Shown here: one piece after another, positions 28,275-42,604 of the stretch
How the letters are laid out: each line of letters opens with the position of its first letter
How positions within the stretch are numbered: the stretch's first letter is position 1
DNA from: Paraspadella gotoi
Lineage: Eukaryota > Animalia > Chaetognatha
Direction of reading: 5' to 3'
Length of the DNA stretch: 64,000 nucleotides
Assembly: GCA_051294375.1 (NCBI GenBank)
Contig: CM119267.1
Coordinates: 1,522,268 to 1,586,267, forward strand
The notes under the pieces: model-generated
Told to the model about the DNA's origin: nothing
Database searches by the model: none
Seen by the model: the letters and a program-made list of their open reading frames with translations, nothing else
Program-made: the position numbers and the translations under genes

Positions 28275-31200
28275 ACAAAAAATTTTTTAGATATAATGTA
28301 AAAAAAACGATGCGGCGAACATGGGCGCGAACCCGCGTCCTTTGGGAGGAATAGCTCACGCTACGTGCGTGCGCCATAAGTACTGCTGATTCTTTAACGA
28401 GTAAAGGGGCTGTAGAGCTTCTCTCTCTCTCTCTCTTTTAATTATTATATATCGCTCTTTCTCTTTCTCTTTTTCTCTGCAGGCGGCTGTCTCCTCTCTC
28501 TCTCTTTTTCTCTCTCTCTCTCTGTCTCTCTGTCTCTCTTGTGTCTGTCCCTATCTGTCCGATCTTTTTGCGTGATCGTTTGTTTTTGAAAAATTCTGGC
28601 ATTATTTTTTTTCCTTTCTAAAAACTTTTTATTATTGCCATTTATTCCGCGCATCTCTCTCTTTNNNNNNNNNNNNNNNNNNNNNNNNNNNNNNNNNNNN
28701 NNNNNNNNNNNNNNNNNNNNNNNNNNNNNNNNNNNNNNNNNNNNNNNNNNNNNNNNNNNNNNNNTCATCTTTTCATGGGCTATCTATTCGTATTAGTTCA
28801 AAAGAAAAAAAATTATCCTAGGGTGTTACAGAAGCGTCAAAGTGCCACGAGCATCAATTATTAGATTATTAATAAAATTATTTGTGTTAAATGATAGAAA
28901 CCAGTTGTAATTGTAATTTTTTTATAATTGATTAACATAATTTGTGCAGAATTATTATACTTAACTTCACTTTAAATCCTAAACTATTAGTAGCGTTTTT
29001 AACGCTGCTGGACCGAAAGTGTTACCCAAACTTAATGATTGTTGCTTGAGAGTCATCGTATATACGGTATGGGTACATAATATTGGTGATTAAACAACGT
29101 TTTATGAGGAAAACGCATATTATTTTTTAGTTGAGCATTATATTTCGGTTAACATCGCTTAACCATAATTCATTTGCAAAATAAATATGAGAAAAACGCC
29201 TCTTCTTTACGTTGGAAAAACAAGCGTCTCAATAAAAAAGCAGACAGCACAACATCGGAAAACTTGTCAAAATTCTCCGCCGTCGGACGTTGAGCCGTCC
29301 TCCCCTACGCCGATGCCTGCGTTGTTCACCGCGAACGCCAAAACAAGATTTGTTTGAAGCTAGAAAGGTTTTATTATTGTTTACAATGGTATTTATTTAA
29401 AACAAAAAACAGACATGTTTCGCCTTAGTTGTAAGTCTCATAAGCGCGGGGAAAAAGTAAGTGTGAAATGGATTTTTATAGAGTTTAAATTTGAGAGAGA
29501 GTGTTTTGTATGTAAACAATTGTAACCTTTCTCGACATTAATTACAAGTCAGCGCAAATTAAAGTGGAAACATGTCCAATTTTTTTTAATAAAAAAAACA
29601 ATTTTTTTTTCATAAATCTTAACCCTGACAAAGAGAAAGCAAATCATTGTCTGTAGTTACTAGTTAGGTTCACCCTGCCTATCAGGGTGAACTTAGGCAA
29701 TGCCCGACTACATGTCTAGAGAAATTGTAGATATTATCAATCTCTTAAAAGTATTTTCTTTACTAATTCAATAAACTCTAGACATTGTTATGATTCTTTC
29801 TTTTCGTTGCGTTTGAGGTTATTAATTGACAAATAACAAAAACAATAAAAATTGTTTTTTCCTTAAATAAACTCTAGATACTAATTTCTTATCTATCGTC
29901 AATGTTGCAGATGTGCCAGGGTCACAAGGTCGCACCCTGGTCGCAGAAGATTGCGTCGCATGAGGTGACTTCATTTAACTCAGGAGATTTGACAGATTTA
30001 AGGAGTTGATCAGTATGTTTCTCCTCAAAAGCTAAAAGTGAGACTTTTTAGTTGTGCCTTTAAGACCTTCCTTCATCCATTTTAATTAATAATTGGGTCC
30101 ACGATTCTTTAACACGTTTGTAGATTGTCAAATGTCCAAGTCCATTAAAAAAGGACCATTAGACACAAAGGGAGAGACCATAACTTTAAGTTTATAATAC
30201 ATGCGTGACATGTACATGACCGCCTATCCCAGTATTGATGTATTTTTAAAAAAAATAATTAAAAAAAAAAAATTATTTAAACTTGTTTTTAACTTACTGA
30301 ACTGGTGTCGTAAGTAAAAGCAATTCAGAAAAGCAGAGTATCCTCCGGTAGATATGCAATTCAGCAAATCATTTGGTTTAATCAAATTCTAGACAAAAAC
30401 TTCTGGTTATTATTATTAATATTTAAAAATGAATTATTAAAAAGCAATAGCAATAGCTTTAGCATGTCATTTTCTAGTTCTAAATCTATTTCCAACTGTG
30501 TTTTTATGTAAATTAAAAAAATTACTGACTTAGTCATGGACTTATGTTTTTGGCGCCAGTAACGTGACTTGAACGCTTTTGTAACACCCTAGAACATATT
30601 TTTAAACACTTAAAAACTACACCAATAGATAGCCCATGAAAATACGAATCGATAGACGTGCTCCGTTGAGGGCTACGAGCATTTCTCCCGGTCAAAATTG
30701 AATCTACCACTCATTTTATTACTGTGTATCAAATCGTTCAGACAGGACAGGACATTAACCTTTGTCTCGATATAGGGTTCCACCCCTGTAAGTTTAAATA
30801 AAAAAGAAAAAGACTCGTTTTACTATTTGATTCTTTTTTTTATATGAAATGAAAATAGTAGTTATAAAAATGAATCAATATATAAATTCGTTTAAAAAAT
30901 TAATTAAATAATAATTTAATCAAATAATTAATTAATTTTGCACAGTAGTTATGGTTGATAATACTAGTTGCTTATCATTACTTACTGCTTACTGTTATTA
31001 AAATAATAAATATATTAATTAAATAATTAATTAGTTAGCTAATTGAATAATTACTTAATTTTTTTATTAGCTGCCTATCATTATTTATTGCTTAATAATT
31101 AATCGAATCAATGTATGAAATAAATAATTGANNNNNNNNNNNNNNNNNNNNNNNNNNNNNNNNNNNNNNNNNNNNNNNNNNNNNNNNNNNNNNNNNNNNN

Positions 31201-31521
31201 NNNNNNNNNNNNNNNNNNNNNNNNNNNNNNNNNNNNNNNNNNNNNNNNNNNNNNNNNNNNNNNNNNNNNNNNNNNNNNNNNNNNAAAACGCCGAGGGGGT
31301 TCGCCTCCTGTTTCTTCTTCATCCCCTTTCTTCGTCCTTTTCCTTACGGGGCTCATTGATTTTCGTGATTTTCTTTCCTTATTATTCCNNNNNNNNNNNN
31401 NNNNNNNNNNNNNNNNNNNNNNNNNNNNNNNNNNNNNNTCTATTATTTCTCAAGGATACTTATTATTATTATTATTATAATTATTACATTTGCGCGAATA
31501 AATAAAATTAATAAAATATTT
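24068..31521. repeat. ~2.8-kb inverted duplication (arms 24068-26907 and 28765-31521)
   Basis: For example 25381-25430 is the reverse complement of about 30187-30235; the right arm and spacer contain N gaps. Confidence 0.85.
26968..28320 (-). mobile_element. Two head-to-tail HINE-like pieces on the - strand
   Basis: 5' subTIR at 27541-27570; 3' terminus at about 27672 followed by the reverse complement of about 15040-15730. Confidence 0.7.
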
Positions 31522-31627
31522 NNNNNNNNNNNNNNNNNNNNNNNNNNNNNNNNNNNNNNNNNNNNNNNNNNNNNNNNNNNNNNNNNNNNNNNNNNNNNNN
31601 NNNNNNNNNNNNNNNNNNNNNCAAGTT

Positions 31628-32224
31628 AGAAGGAAGGAAGGAAAGCCCATTGCAGTTGACGGAAGGAAGGAAAGCCATTGCGCAGTTGGGGAAGGAAGGC
31701 AAAGCCCATTGGCAGGTTGGGAAGGAAGGCAAAGCCATTGCAGTTGAGGAAGGACGGCAAAGCCCATTTGCAGTGGAAGAGTGAACTAGGGGATTGAAGG
31801 AAGAAAGCCCGATGTGTCAGTTGAGGAACGGAAGCAAGAGTGCAGAGTTGAGAAAGGAGTCGCAAGCCGCATTGCAGGTTGAGGAAGAACGGCAAGCCAT
31901 TGCAGGTTGAGGAAGGAAGGATAAGCCGATTGCCAGAAGGAACAGTTGGGGAAGAAAGGCAAAGCCCTTTGCAGAATGGGGAAGGAAGGCAAAGCCCATT
32001 GCAGGTTGAGGAAGAAAGACAAAGCCCATTGCAGGTTGAGGAAGGAAGGCAAAGCCAATGGATTGCAGGTTTTGATGGGTAAGGAAGGCAAAGCCATCTG
32101 CAAGGTTGGAGGAAGGAAGGCACAGCCCATTGCAGGTTTGAGGAAGGAAGGCAAACCCATTGCAGGTTGGGACGGAAGGCAAAGGCAAAGCCCATTGCAG
32201 GTTGAGGAAGGAAGGCAAAGCCCA
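31628..32224. repeat. 30-bp minisatellite (GCAGGTTGAGGAAGGAAGGCAAAGCCCATT)
   Basis: About 20 degenerate tandem units next to an N gap. Confidence 0.9.
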
Positions 32225-32606
32225 GATTAAGGAGCAGAAGATGAAGTAAAACTCAGTATGGAAATGTTTTAGACAGTTTATGTTAAAAAATAAAAATATA
32301 TATAAATAATTGAATATAATAATAATTCATTTTTGTACAACTATACAAATTTTTTCCTCTTTTTGTTTTCTTTTTCTCATAAGAAAAGTTTCTTCTCTTA
32401 AACTTTTCCGACTGAGAAATTCTAGACTCCACAGAGTTTTAATTTTGTTTATGACGATTTTATTCTCTCTCTCTCTCTCTCTTTCCCTCTCTCTCTCTTT
32501 GTGAATTCATACATTAGCCGGATCTATATCTTTTTCTGCCATTTTTATTTCTTTTTCTATAAATTCTAAACAGCCCCCTGAAGTCAACCATTTTATTAAA
32601 CGCTTT

Positions 32607-32741
32607 TTAGTTGGATCTGCTTTCAGCTCATCCCGACTCTATAATTCACTCGTCGGTCTGCCACCTCAATCTTGTCGGGCATTAACATATATCATGTCAA
32701 AATATCGAATTATGATAAATAATGCAAAAAAAACGATGTCC

Positions 32742-32784
<43 letters not shown>

Positions 32785-33529
32785 CGTCCGTCCCACCTTA
32801 GCAAAAAACACCAATTACTCGTGATTGGATGTATGGATTGGAATAAAATTTTGTGTGTGGGTAGGGAAGTGTGTGATTGAGCTGGATATGAAGTTTCGAA
32901 GGAATCGTCCGAGTGGAAAAGAGTTTAAATGGAAAAAACAAAAAAATATATTTCCTTATTTTGACGCCAATTAATCATGAGTGGATGGGGAAATTGATTT
33001 GAAATTTTGTGTGTGGGTAGGGAAGTGTTTGATTAAGCTGGAAATCAAGTTTCGATGGAATCGTCTGAGTGGAAATGAGTTTAAATGGAAAAAAAACAAA
33101 AAACCTGTTTCACTAATTGATTATGCTTTTTTTTTATAATAAATATAAATGCAAGATGTATTAATTAATCAAAAAATTAATCAGTTAATTAATTAATTAA
33201 TAAATAATCAATTGATCAGTCAATTAATCATTCTATTAATTATTCAAGCAATCAATTTATTTAGTTATCTATTAAGTAATTATTCAATCAATCAATTTAT
33301 TTATAAATTAATTAATTATTTAATCAATTAATCTATCAATCAAGTCAATCTTTTTCGGCATTATTGTCGTTATCGCCATCATCGTCGTCATTGCTTTTGT
33401 CGTGGTCACTGGTCAGTGACGAAAAGACCTTAAAACAAACATTTTGGATCAAATTAATTAATTTATTAATTAAATTATTATATTATTAATGATCGTGGGC
33501 AGATCCGACATTGTTTGCTCAAACTTGTT
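32607..33529 (+). mobile_element. Full-length HINE/DINE-1-like Helentron element (~920 bp)
   Basis: T-rich flank, 5' palindromic subTIR, (GTCT/GTCC)n, two central repeats, 3' subTIR GCAGATCCGAC and short terminal hairpin; no TSD. Confidence 0.8.
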
Positions 33530-33738
33530 CTTCTTCTCGTTTTCCTCCTCCTCCTCCTCCTCCTCTTCCTCTTGATTAATAAATGCGCTAACCCTGCACA
33601 AAACTTTTCTCTTTCTCCGAATCTCTCTCTCTCTCTAAATCTCTCTGTCTCTCTCTTTTTTTCCTACTCTCTTTCTTTCTTTCTTCTTAGCGACTAAACG
33701 TCGCAACCAATTACTCCATGCTCTCATTCTCTTTTATT

Positions 33739-33798
<60 letters not shown>

Positions 33799-34039
33799 CT
33801 CCATTTCTTTGTGGACTTCAAGCTTTGTCTTCGTTTATCTCCCGTCCTTTTTCTTTCCTTTTCTTTTCTTTTGTTTATTTCTTTATATTTCTTTTCTTTT
33901 TATTTTTTTTTTCATGTTTATTTTTTTGCTTATTTATGTACACAACTACTGAAGCTAACTGACGCTTTGACTATTATAATATTATAACAACATTTATTCA
34001 CACTTGACACTCTTTCCTTTCATCCCGCCCTCTCCGCAG

Positions 34040-34180
34040 CCCCGAAGGCACAGTCAGGCGCCCCTACGAAGCCTTTCACCATAAACAGCAAATGCACCAT
34101 AAGAGGCCTTCGCTCTTATCATCATGATTCTCAATTTATGTGTCGAATTCGTAGGAACGATCTCAAGCCCGACCAAATGG
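34040..34180 (+). CDS. Ig-superfamily gene, internal exon (second half of a C2-type Ig domain)
   Basis: CCGCAG acceptor and G|GTAAGG donor; PKAQSGAPTKPFTINSKCTIRGLRSYHHDSQFMCRIRRNDLKPDQM; phase 1 matches the 41544 exon. Confidence 0.75.
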
Positions 34181-34856
34181 GTAAGGATCTCTGTCAGCGG
34201 CAAGTTAGGCCCAAGGGAGGGTTGCCTGAAACTTTATGTCGGGCAGTGCACAGTCATCGAAAATATTTTTTTTACTCGGAAAAAGGGTGGTACATCATAT
34301 GTTAATAGTTTTTCGTTTAATCCGTCCAGGTGTATCACAAAAACACTGTCTTTATGATATCGGGTTGTAAAAATTATTCATATCGGAGATATAAGGCTTT
34401 TCTTTTTTGGAGCTCACTTTGTTTGTTATTTGTAGACATTTTAACGATAAAAACCTAATTTTTTTTTTACTTATTGTCAATAACTGGATAGTTTGCATGG
34501 ACTGAATTATAAATTGCTTGAACAGCATTTTACTGTATATAAGTTTTCAAAATACTAGCCTAAAGACTATATGGAAGCACGCGGAACCACGCCATTTCCA
34601 CTGCATTTAATGATTCATCATATCAGGAAAGCTACCATATTTGGCTTTTTGTCCGCCGTGTCCGGCATGGTTAGTTATAACCAAATGATTTTTGAAATAT
34701 TTTTTTTACAAAAATCTCGATATACTAATTTATTTGTACAATATTCTTTTAAAGAAAAATTTTTAATTTAAAAAAGAAAAACCTTAGTTCTCTTAACTAG
34801 GACATTAATAACTCTGAGGAAAAAAAATAAAAACAAAAAATGACAAAAGAAGAAAG

Positions 34857-36853
34857 TTTGGAAACTCAAATGATTCGAACAAAGACGACGACGACGACGA
34901 CGACGAATATAAATAACGAAGACGACGACGAAGTCTTGTACTTTGTGACCCGTAGTTGGTCAGTAAGAATGACCGTTCATATCCAAAACGAATTACCTTG
35001 TTATGGCTGACCTTTTCCAGCCCATGTAAATACGTATTTGTTGTTGTTGTTATTTTTTTTACCTTTTTGATTTTTACTCTGTTGGTATTGGTATTGCCCG
35101 ACGCTTCTTCTAGACTTTTTTTTTTATCCTTGTTAATGACAATTTTTAGTTTTGTTTACGTTTTCGAACGTATAGTCAACTCAAACATGGAGTACGTCGG
35201 GCAATGAAAAATTTTTGTGGAAGGAAATTTAACATAATATAAAACTAGAAAGCTGTGATGGAAACTAAAACAATTTAGATACTTGATTAATTCAATACGA
35301 AATTTAGTGTTTAGATTGGTCTCTTACTGTTTTTACTAAAAGAAATTGAGGAAACGATCTAAGAAAAACCATGATAGAATTATTTTCTCTTTTACCAAAT
35401 TTAAAAATTATACAAACATATTTATCATTTTTATAGGTAACGAATTAAAGTTTTTTAAATATAACTACTTACAATATAACAACTACCAAAAAACAACTAA
35501 TTGCACTATAGGCATAGTTTTTCCGAGAAAAAACCTCATTTCGATCACTGTGCAGTGCGCCTGTCGGTATCGTTTTTTTGGGCTTATTATATCTAATAAC
35601 TCAATTTTGGGAGTGGGAGGTCAGTGTTGTCTTCTGGAAATAGAGGGAGCATCTATGCAACACAAGGTTTGACTTCGAATATAGATATTTAAGCGTCTGA
35701 CAGTTTAAGATAAAGTTTCTACGGGGTTCGTTAGGGTGTGTCAAAATCTAAAAGTTGTTCTGATCCTAATTTACATCTAACACGATGGGGCAGGGCCAAA
35801 ATAAATAGGATTGCACGAATCGCCATTCAAATTGGTCTAACACCCTTACGTCTACCCTTGCCTAAAGACAGTTTAGCACACCTTTCACATCATAAGTCAC
35901 AGTGTCTAAAATATGATAGATTTTGACGTCCACCTCAATTTATTAGTTGAAAAAATGTGCAAAGTTAACTATATTAAAATTTCAAGTCTCTAATACATCT
36001 CGCGGCTCCACAACAGCATCCACAACCTGCTGGAGAATGTACAAGCCACTGCATTGATGGCATTATCTACTTTAGTTTTATTTCTAAATTTATTGATAAT
36101 CATTTCATTCAATAAATAAGCCATTGTGGAAGACGATGCCGCAAGCAGTTCACCGTCCGTTGCACACAAGGTCCCGAACTTCGGATCGGGCTGTAGTCCG
36201 ACACTACAGGTGGGTTAGACGCCCCGTCCCGCTATAACTCATGTGAATCAGCAGGGCGCGAACCCGAGTCCTTTGGGTTGGGAGGAGCTCGTGCTACCTC
36301 CGGCGCCATAGGTGCTGCTGATTCTCGGACGAGTACCGGGGTATGAAATACTACCGCTACACCCCCCCCCCGAGGCATCACACACCCGCGCAAGTGTGAT
36401 GGCTATGATGCACGCGTTGTGCCCGAGCACTCTAGAAGGGGCTGCCTATTCCTGCTCTCGTCTTCACACACGATGGTCGAGGGCAGAGGTGTGTTATCAT
36501 GCCCGGGCAGAGGTGTAATAACGTGCCAGGGAGTTCGTGTGGGCTCACCAATTGCGGTGACTCAAAAATAAGAATTTAGAGAAAAATTCGAGACGTGTTT
36601 TTTGTGAGAAGAGAAAACATATATTAACGAAAAACAGAGTAAAAATCAAAAAGGTAAAAATAACAACAACAACAAATACGTATTTACATTGGCTGGAAAA
36701 GGTCAGCCATAACAAGGTCATTCCGTTTGGATATGAACGGTCATTCTTACTGACCACTACGGGTCACAAAGTACAAAGACTTCGTCGTCGTCTTCGTTAT
36801 TATATTCGTCGTCGTCGTCGTCGTCTTTGTTCGAAAAATTTGAGTTCCCAAAC
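34857..36853. mobile_element. ~2-kb element with ~230-bp inverted arms (foldback-like)
   Basis: 34857-35083 is the reverse complement of 36632-36853; no TSD or coding capacity seen. Confidence 0.65.
36245..36325 (-). mobile_element. tRNA-derived (SINE-like) head; second copy at about 28322-28395
   Basis: On -: A-box-like TATGGCGCCGGAGGTAGC, TCCTCCCAA, B-box-like GGGTTCGCGCCC; not a canonical cloverleaf. Confidence 0.45.
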
Positions 36854-36855
36854 CA

Positions 36856-37445
36856 CCTCCATTTTTCTTTTCTTTTCTTTTCCTCCATTTTTTCTTTTTC
36901 CCTTTTTTTTTCTTTTCCTCCTTTTTTTTTCTTTTTCTCCATTATTTTCTTTTTTCTTCCATTTTCTTTTCTTTTCCTCCTTTTTTTGTATTTTTTCCTC
37001 CATTTTTCTTTTCTTTTCCTCCATTTTTTTACCTCCATTTTTCTTTTCTTTTTCTCCATTTTTTCCCCTTTTTTTTCTTTTCCTCCTTTTTTTTTCTTTT
37101 CCTCCATTATTTTCTTTTTTCTTCCATTTTTCTTTTCTTTTCTTCCTTTTTTGTATTTTTTCCTCCATTTTTCTTTTCTTTTCCTCCATTTTTTTACCTC
37201 CATTTTTCTTTTCTTTTCCTCCATTTTTTCTTTTTTCCTTTTTTTTCTTTTCCTCCTTTTTTTTTATTTTCCTCCATTATTTTCTTTTTTCTTCCATTTT
37301 TCTTTTCTTTTCCTCCATTTTTTCTTTTTCTTTCATTTTTTTTCTTTTCCTCCATTTTTATTTTCTTTTTCTCATTTTTTCCTCCTTTTTTCTTTTCCTC
37401 CATTATTTTCTTTTTTCTTCCATTTTTCTTTTCTTTTCCTCCTTT
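36856..37445. repeat. Pyrimidine-rich complex satellite (TTTTCTTTTCCTCCATT units)
   Basis: Visible higher-order repeat; explains the K/E-rich and F-rich ORFs. Confidence 0.9.
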
Positions 37446-38351
37446 CTTAATGAGGACATTTCTGGCCGCGACCTCAAAAACCCTAAGGATATCTGAGTCC
37501 ATCACTTCTCCTAAATGATTGAGAGCAGTAGCATTAAATATTAGGGCCAAATCAGCCAATCAGGATAGAAATAACCAGAGTTAATTAAAACCTTTCAAAA
37601 GCGAGTGCGTTGGATACTAATAGCCATTACAAAACCAATGATATTATCAATCAGTGTTGTTCTGGAACAATCTCTAGTGAGAGTCTTGGACAATTTTTAG
37701 CCAATGAAGATCAACCCTTCTCCTCTTCTTCCACTTCCTCCTATTCTTTCTCTTCCTCCTCTACTTCCTCCTCCTCTTCCTCTTTCTCTTGGGAATTGGT
37801 CATGATTATTTAATTTGAAATACGAACCCCGAATGTCCGACCGACAGACCGACCAAAAAGTGGAGGAAAAGAAAATTGATTTGGAAAAAAGAAGAAAAAT
37901 TAAGTGAAACAAAGTTAAAGAAAATAAGAATTTAGCCAAATAGAGAAAGATGGCTTATTTATTTAATGAATGGATTAATCAATGAATTTAGAAATAAAAC
38001 GAAAGTTTGAGTCATAAGAAAGAGACAAAACTAATATGGCGGAAGAGAAAAAGAAAGTATGATGGTCCTACATTTTTGCCAATGTGACAACAACAACAAC
38101 AACGACGACGTCGACGAAGAGGACCGCAAAGACGACGACGACCATAACGAAGACGACGACGACGACGACGGCCAATGATACAATTTAGAGAAGAGATAAG
38201 GACCCGCCTTTGCCCGAAGTTGAAGAGAGAGAGAAAAGAAGGAGGAAGAAAAGGGAGAGAAGAAGAGACAGTATATAAAGTGAGATATAGAAAACTATGA
38301 GAATAGAAATTAGATTTAACTCGGGGAAGCGATCTAGTCTACATTCAACGT

Positions 38352-38442
<91 letters not shown>

Positions 38443-39228
38443 CAGCATCCATCCCTGTTGGAAACGTATGACGCTCATAAAGCGTCGTAGATTTTTTTCC
38501 GATTTTCGGGAGTGAGAGGAAAGGAGAGGAAAGGAGAGGAGAAGAGAGGAGAGAAGAGAAGAGAAGAGAAGAGGAGAAGAGTGAGAGGAAAGGAGAATAA
38601 AGAAGAGGAGTAGTATGAGAGGAGAGGCCCTAAGAGAGAGCAATGAAGCGGACAAGAAGAACAACGGTGTCTCCATTATTATGTTGGAAGAGAAATAGGG
38701 AAGGATTTAAATCATTGGCGTCATTTGCCTCCTGGTTCAAGGGGTCGTGCGTTCGAACCCTGTGACAGAGAAAAAGGTGATCAAACAGATCGACTTTCCA
38801 CCACATAAGCACAGAATTTCAAGACATCGACGCTTCGTGAGATCGATAAAGTCAATTCCACTTTTCTCACGAGGTCGACCCTCAAATTTTGCTACGAAAT
38901 TGTGACAAAATTCGAATAGTTAATCATGAACTGTCTTGGACTAAAGAACATTGATATATAAAAAAATTATTTTAAAATTGCTTAATTTTCGCATACACCC
39001 ATATTTACATAGTACTTACCATAGAAAATGTTAAAATTTTAAAATTATGTTTTCTTAGTTTTTTTAGTTTTCTATGATATAAATAAATATTAAACATGGG
39101 CGTATGCAAAAATTGAAAAATAAAAATTAAATTTTTTTTATTTAAAAATGTTCACAGCCTGTTCGTGATTTACTATTAAAATTTTGATTCTATTTGATTT
39201 TAATATTTTTGCTACGCTTTACTGACCA

Positions 39229-39694
<466 letters not shown>

Positions 39695-40641
39695 ACTGAG
39701 CACAGTGAGCAGTGAGCACATTTTTGTTCATACTCATTAGGCCATTTTAAAATCACATGGTCAAAGTTACGAATGTTCTCCTTACTATATTCCATTCTTT
39801 TCCGGCTGACTAAGGGTGTGGTTTATTTTAAGTTATGACCACTTTAGGATCTAATTTATCAATTTTTGACCACTTTCGAGTCAAAGAGGTCAAACGTTCC
39901 CCGCCCGATCACGTGACGCGTCGATGCTTCAGTGTCAAACGAGAGACGAAGCGAAGGAAAAACCGCGAGGGAGAATCTGAGATTTAGAGAAAAGATAATG
40001 AGGAAAGCGGCTGAGCTAATGGAGGAAGGGAAGAAGGGTGGGAAAGAGGAAAGGGGGAAAGGGGGAAAGGAGAAAGGGAGGAAAAGGGAAAGGGAGGAAA
40101 GGAGGAAGATAATGAGGAAAGCGGCTGACCTAACGGAGGAAGGGAGGAAGGGTGGGAAAGAGAAAAGGGAGGAAAGGAGGAAGATAATGAGGAAATTGCC
40201 TGACCTAACGGAGGAAGGGAGGAAGGAAGGAAGGGAGGAAAGGAGAAAGCAAGGAAGAAGGAATCAGAAAGGAAGGAAAGAAGAAAGAAGGAAGAGAGAA
40301 AAAGTGGGAGGAGGAATAAAATAAAAGGAAGGAACAATAAAGAAAAGTGGATAAATTATTCTAATAGAAAGAAGGTAGGAAAAAAGAGATTGAAACAGTA
40401 TAAAAGAAGATATATTGACGCGGGTGTAGTACCACTCCCTCCTTCTCATTCACCTCCTCTTCATCCTCCTCCCAGAGATTTGGGGCCGCGTTCACGAGGT
40501 TCACTTCACCTTCTCTCTCTTCTACTACTAGTTTACCTTCATGATTTTGTCGCCGTATAGATTTTCAGAGTGAAATATATATATATATTATATATATAAT
40601 ATATTATATGGAAATGAGGTAGGAAAAGGAAATAGGAAATG

Positions 40642-40732
<91 letters not shown>

Positions 40733-41543
40733 GACTAAAGGTCGAAAGTCACGATTGCTTTTCTTGCACGATATAAAACTAATTTGCGAGTTGGGGATTA
40801 AAAAAAGCGGGAGTGATAAAAGAAGGGGAAAGGAAGAGAAGGGATAAAAAAGGGAAGAAAAGAAAGAAGGAAGGGAAGAAGACTAAAGTTAAGTGGCAAG
40901 CCAAGGATTCGCGGTCGGAAAGAGTAATTATTTTAAATTAAAAAAAGATTTAAAAACAAGAAAAAAAAACAAGAGAGATAAACGGAAGAGAGAGGAAGAG
41001 AGGAAGAGGAAGAGGAAAAAATGGGAGAGAGAAGTGAGAGAAGGGAAGAGATAAAGGGTGAGAGGAAGAGAGGAAGAAGAAGGGAAAAAGGGGAGAAGAA
41101 GTAGGAGATGGGAAGGAGATAAAGGGTGAGAGGAAAAGAGGAGGAGGAAAAAAAAGGGAGAGGAAGTATGAGAGGGGATGAGATAACGGGTGAGAGAAAG
41201 AGAGGAAGAGGAAAAAGGGGAGTGAAAGTGGGAGATGGGAAGAGATAAAGGGTGAGAGGGAGAAGGAAGAGGAAGAGGAAAAAAGGGGGAGGGAAGTTGA
41301 AGCTAAAAAAGGAAAGACATGAACAAAGACTGAAACATGTCCCATAATTTGTGAAATCGTTATTTAATACCATTAATAAACTACACTTTGTAAACCTAAG
41401 ATAAATATTAAAATTCCTCCTCCTCCTTCTTCCCTTTCCCCCTCTCCCCACCCCCTCTCCCCCCCTCTCCCCACCCCCTCTCCCACCCCCACCCCTCTCC
41501 CCCTCTCCCCACCCCCTCTCCCCCTCTCCTTTTTTCTCTACAG

Positions 41544-41739
41544 ACTACGCCAAGAAGAGGCTTCCTCCTGCCAGCCCTGGAGTCTTCAACGTTCACTTCA
41601 AACCTCAATTTCGTTGTCCAGAGAATCAGGAGTTCGATTCCATCGACGAAAGAGTTGAAGTCTTTTGCGACGTCATCGCCAACCCCTTCAGCGATGAAGA
41701 CATCAAGATACACTGGAAGCTTAACGGACGACCAGTTGG
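41544..41739 (+). CDS. Ig-superfamily gene exon (first half of an Ig domain, nephrin/Kirre/NCAM-like signature)
   Basis: CTACAG acceptor and GG|GTGAGT donor; DYAKKRLPPASPGVFNVHFKPQFRCPENQEFDSIDERVEVFCDVIANPFSDEDIKIHWKLNGRPV with the C-x-V-x-ANP...I-x-W-x-x-NG motif. Confidence 0.85.
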
Positions 41740-41980
41740 GTGAGTCTCGCAGAAGGGTTAATCACACTGAGGCGTGGGTGTCACAGGGGGGTTGAGTGTG
41801 ACACTTACGTGCTTTCCCCTTCACGATGTTGCCACTCTACACTTGACATATCTCGCTGAGCCACTTTATGATGTCGTCAAGAGATTGTGCCCCTTTGCGC
41901 TGTGCCCCATCACACTTCCCTGTCACACTTCCTCATCGCACTACGCCCCATTCACCCATTGATTCCCTCCTTCCTTCCAG

Positions 41981-42146
41981 CGCTCGCAACGTCACTCAGT
42001 ACGAGATTCCCTTTGGACGAAGAACGAAAGTGACTTTGGGTCGAGGCCGGGTCTCGGATGGAAAAATCGTCACTCTCGTTGTCTTCAGGGAAAGCAGGAT
42101 TAAAGAGCAGACGATTATGAAGGAGATCACCATGAGACAGAGACAG
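41981..42146 (+). CDS. Ig-superfamily gene exon (second half of the domain, no F-strand Cys)
   Basis: TTCCAG acceptor, phase 2 matches the previous exon; ARNVTQYEIPFGRRTKVTLGRGRVSDGKIVTLVVFRESRIKEQTIMKEITMRQRQ; either CAG|GTGAGA donor or read-through to the stop at 42158. Confidence 0.75.
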
Positions 42147-42604
42147 GTGAGATGTTGATGATTTAAAAGGCGATCGGCTGAAGCCTTGGTTTTGTTAAAA
42201 AAAAATATCACTCACAAAGAGAAAAAAGAAAAAGAATTAGTGATGTAAAAAAAAAAAATTACCATTTCATTGGGTGAAAATTTCTTATTTTTGTAACTAT
42301 GAATCATAATTTTAAATGATGAAAATTGCTGTGTAGCCAGTGATGAATATTTGTTTGAATGAAGTACAGTCGCGCCACAATGTAGTCCGACCTATACCGT
42401 TGTGTATGGATAAGTAAATAAATTAACAACAGTAAAAGCTACAACGTTTCTCACACTACCATTTTTTTTAATGAAATTTATAATTAATGCATTATCAAAA
42501 TCTCTATCAATCCGTTTTGTGGGATGGTTACTGGTTAACCTGCCTCAATTTTATTTTGGTTTCCATTTATTAATATACTTTTTTATAAAACTGACAAAAC
42601 CGAT

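Noticed and set aside
31628-32224. 30-bp repeats, and the 70-bp repeats at 57567, as possible CRISPR arrays
   Set aside because: Contiguous degenerate units with no unique spacers, no cas genes, eukaryotic context
36757-37559. Overlapping K/E-rich and F-rich ORFs; similar ones at 39932-41451
   Set aside because: Simple purine/pyrimidine satellites with no splice or domain support
38700-38762. B-box-like GTTCGAACCC as a tRNA gene
   Set aside because: No acceptor or D stems; a cloverleaf cannot be drawn
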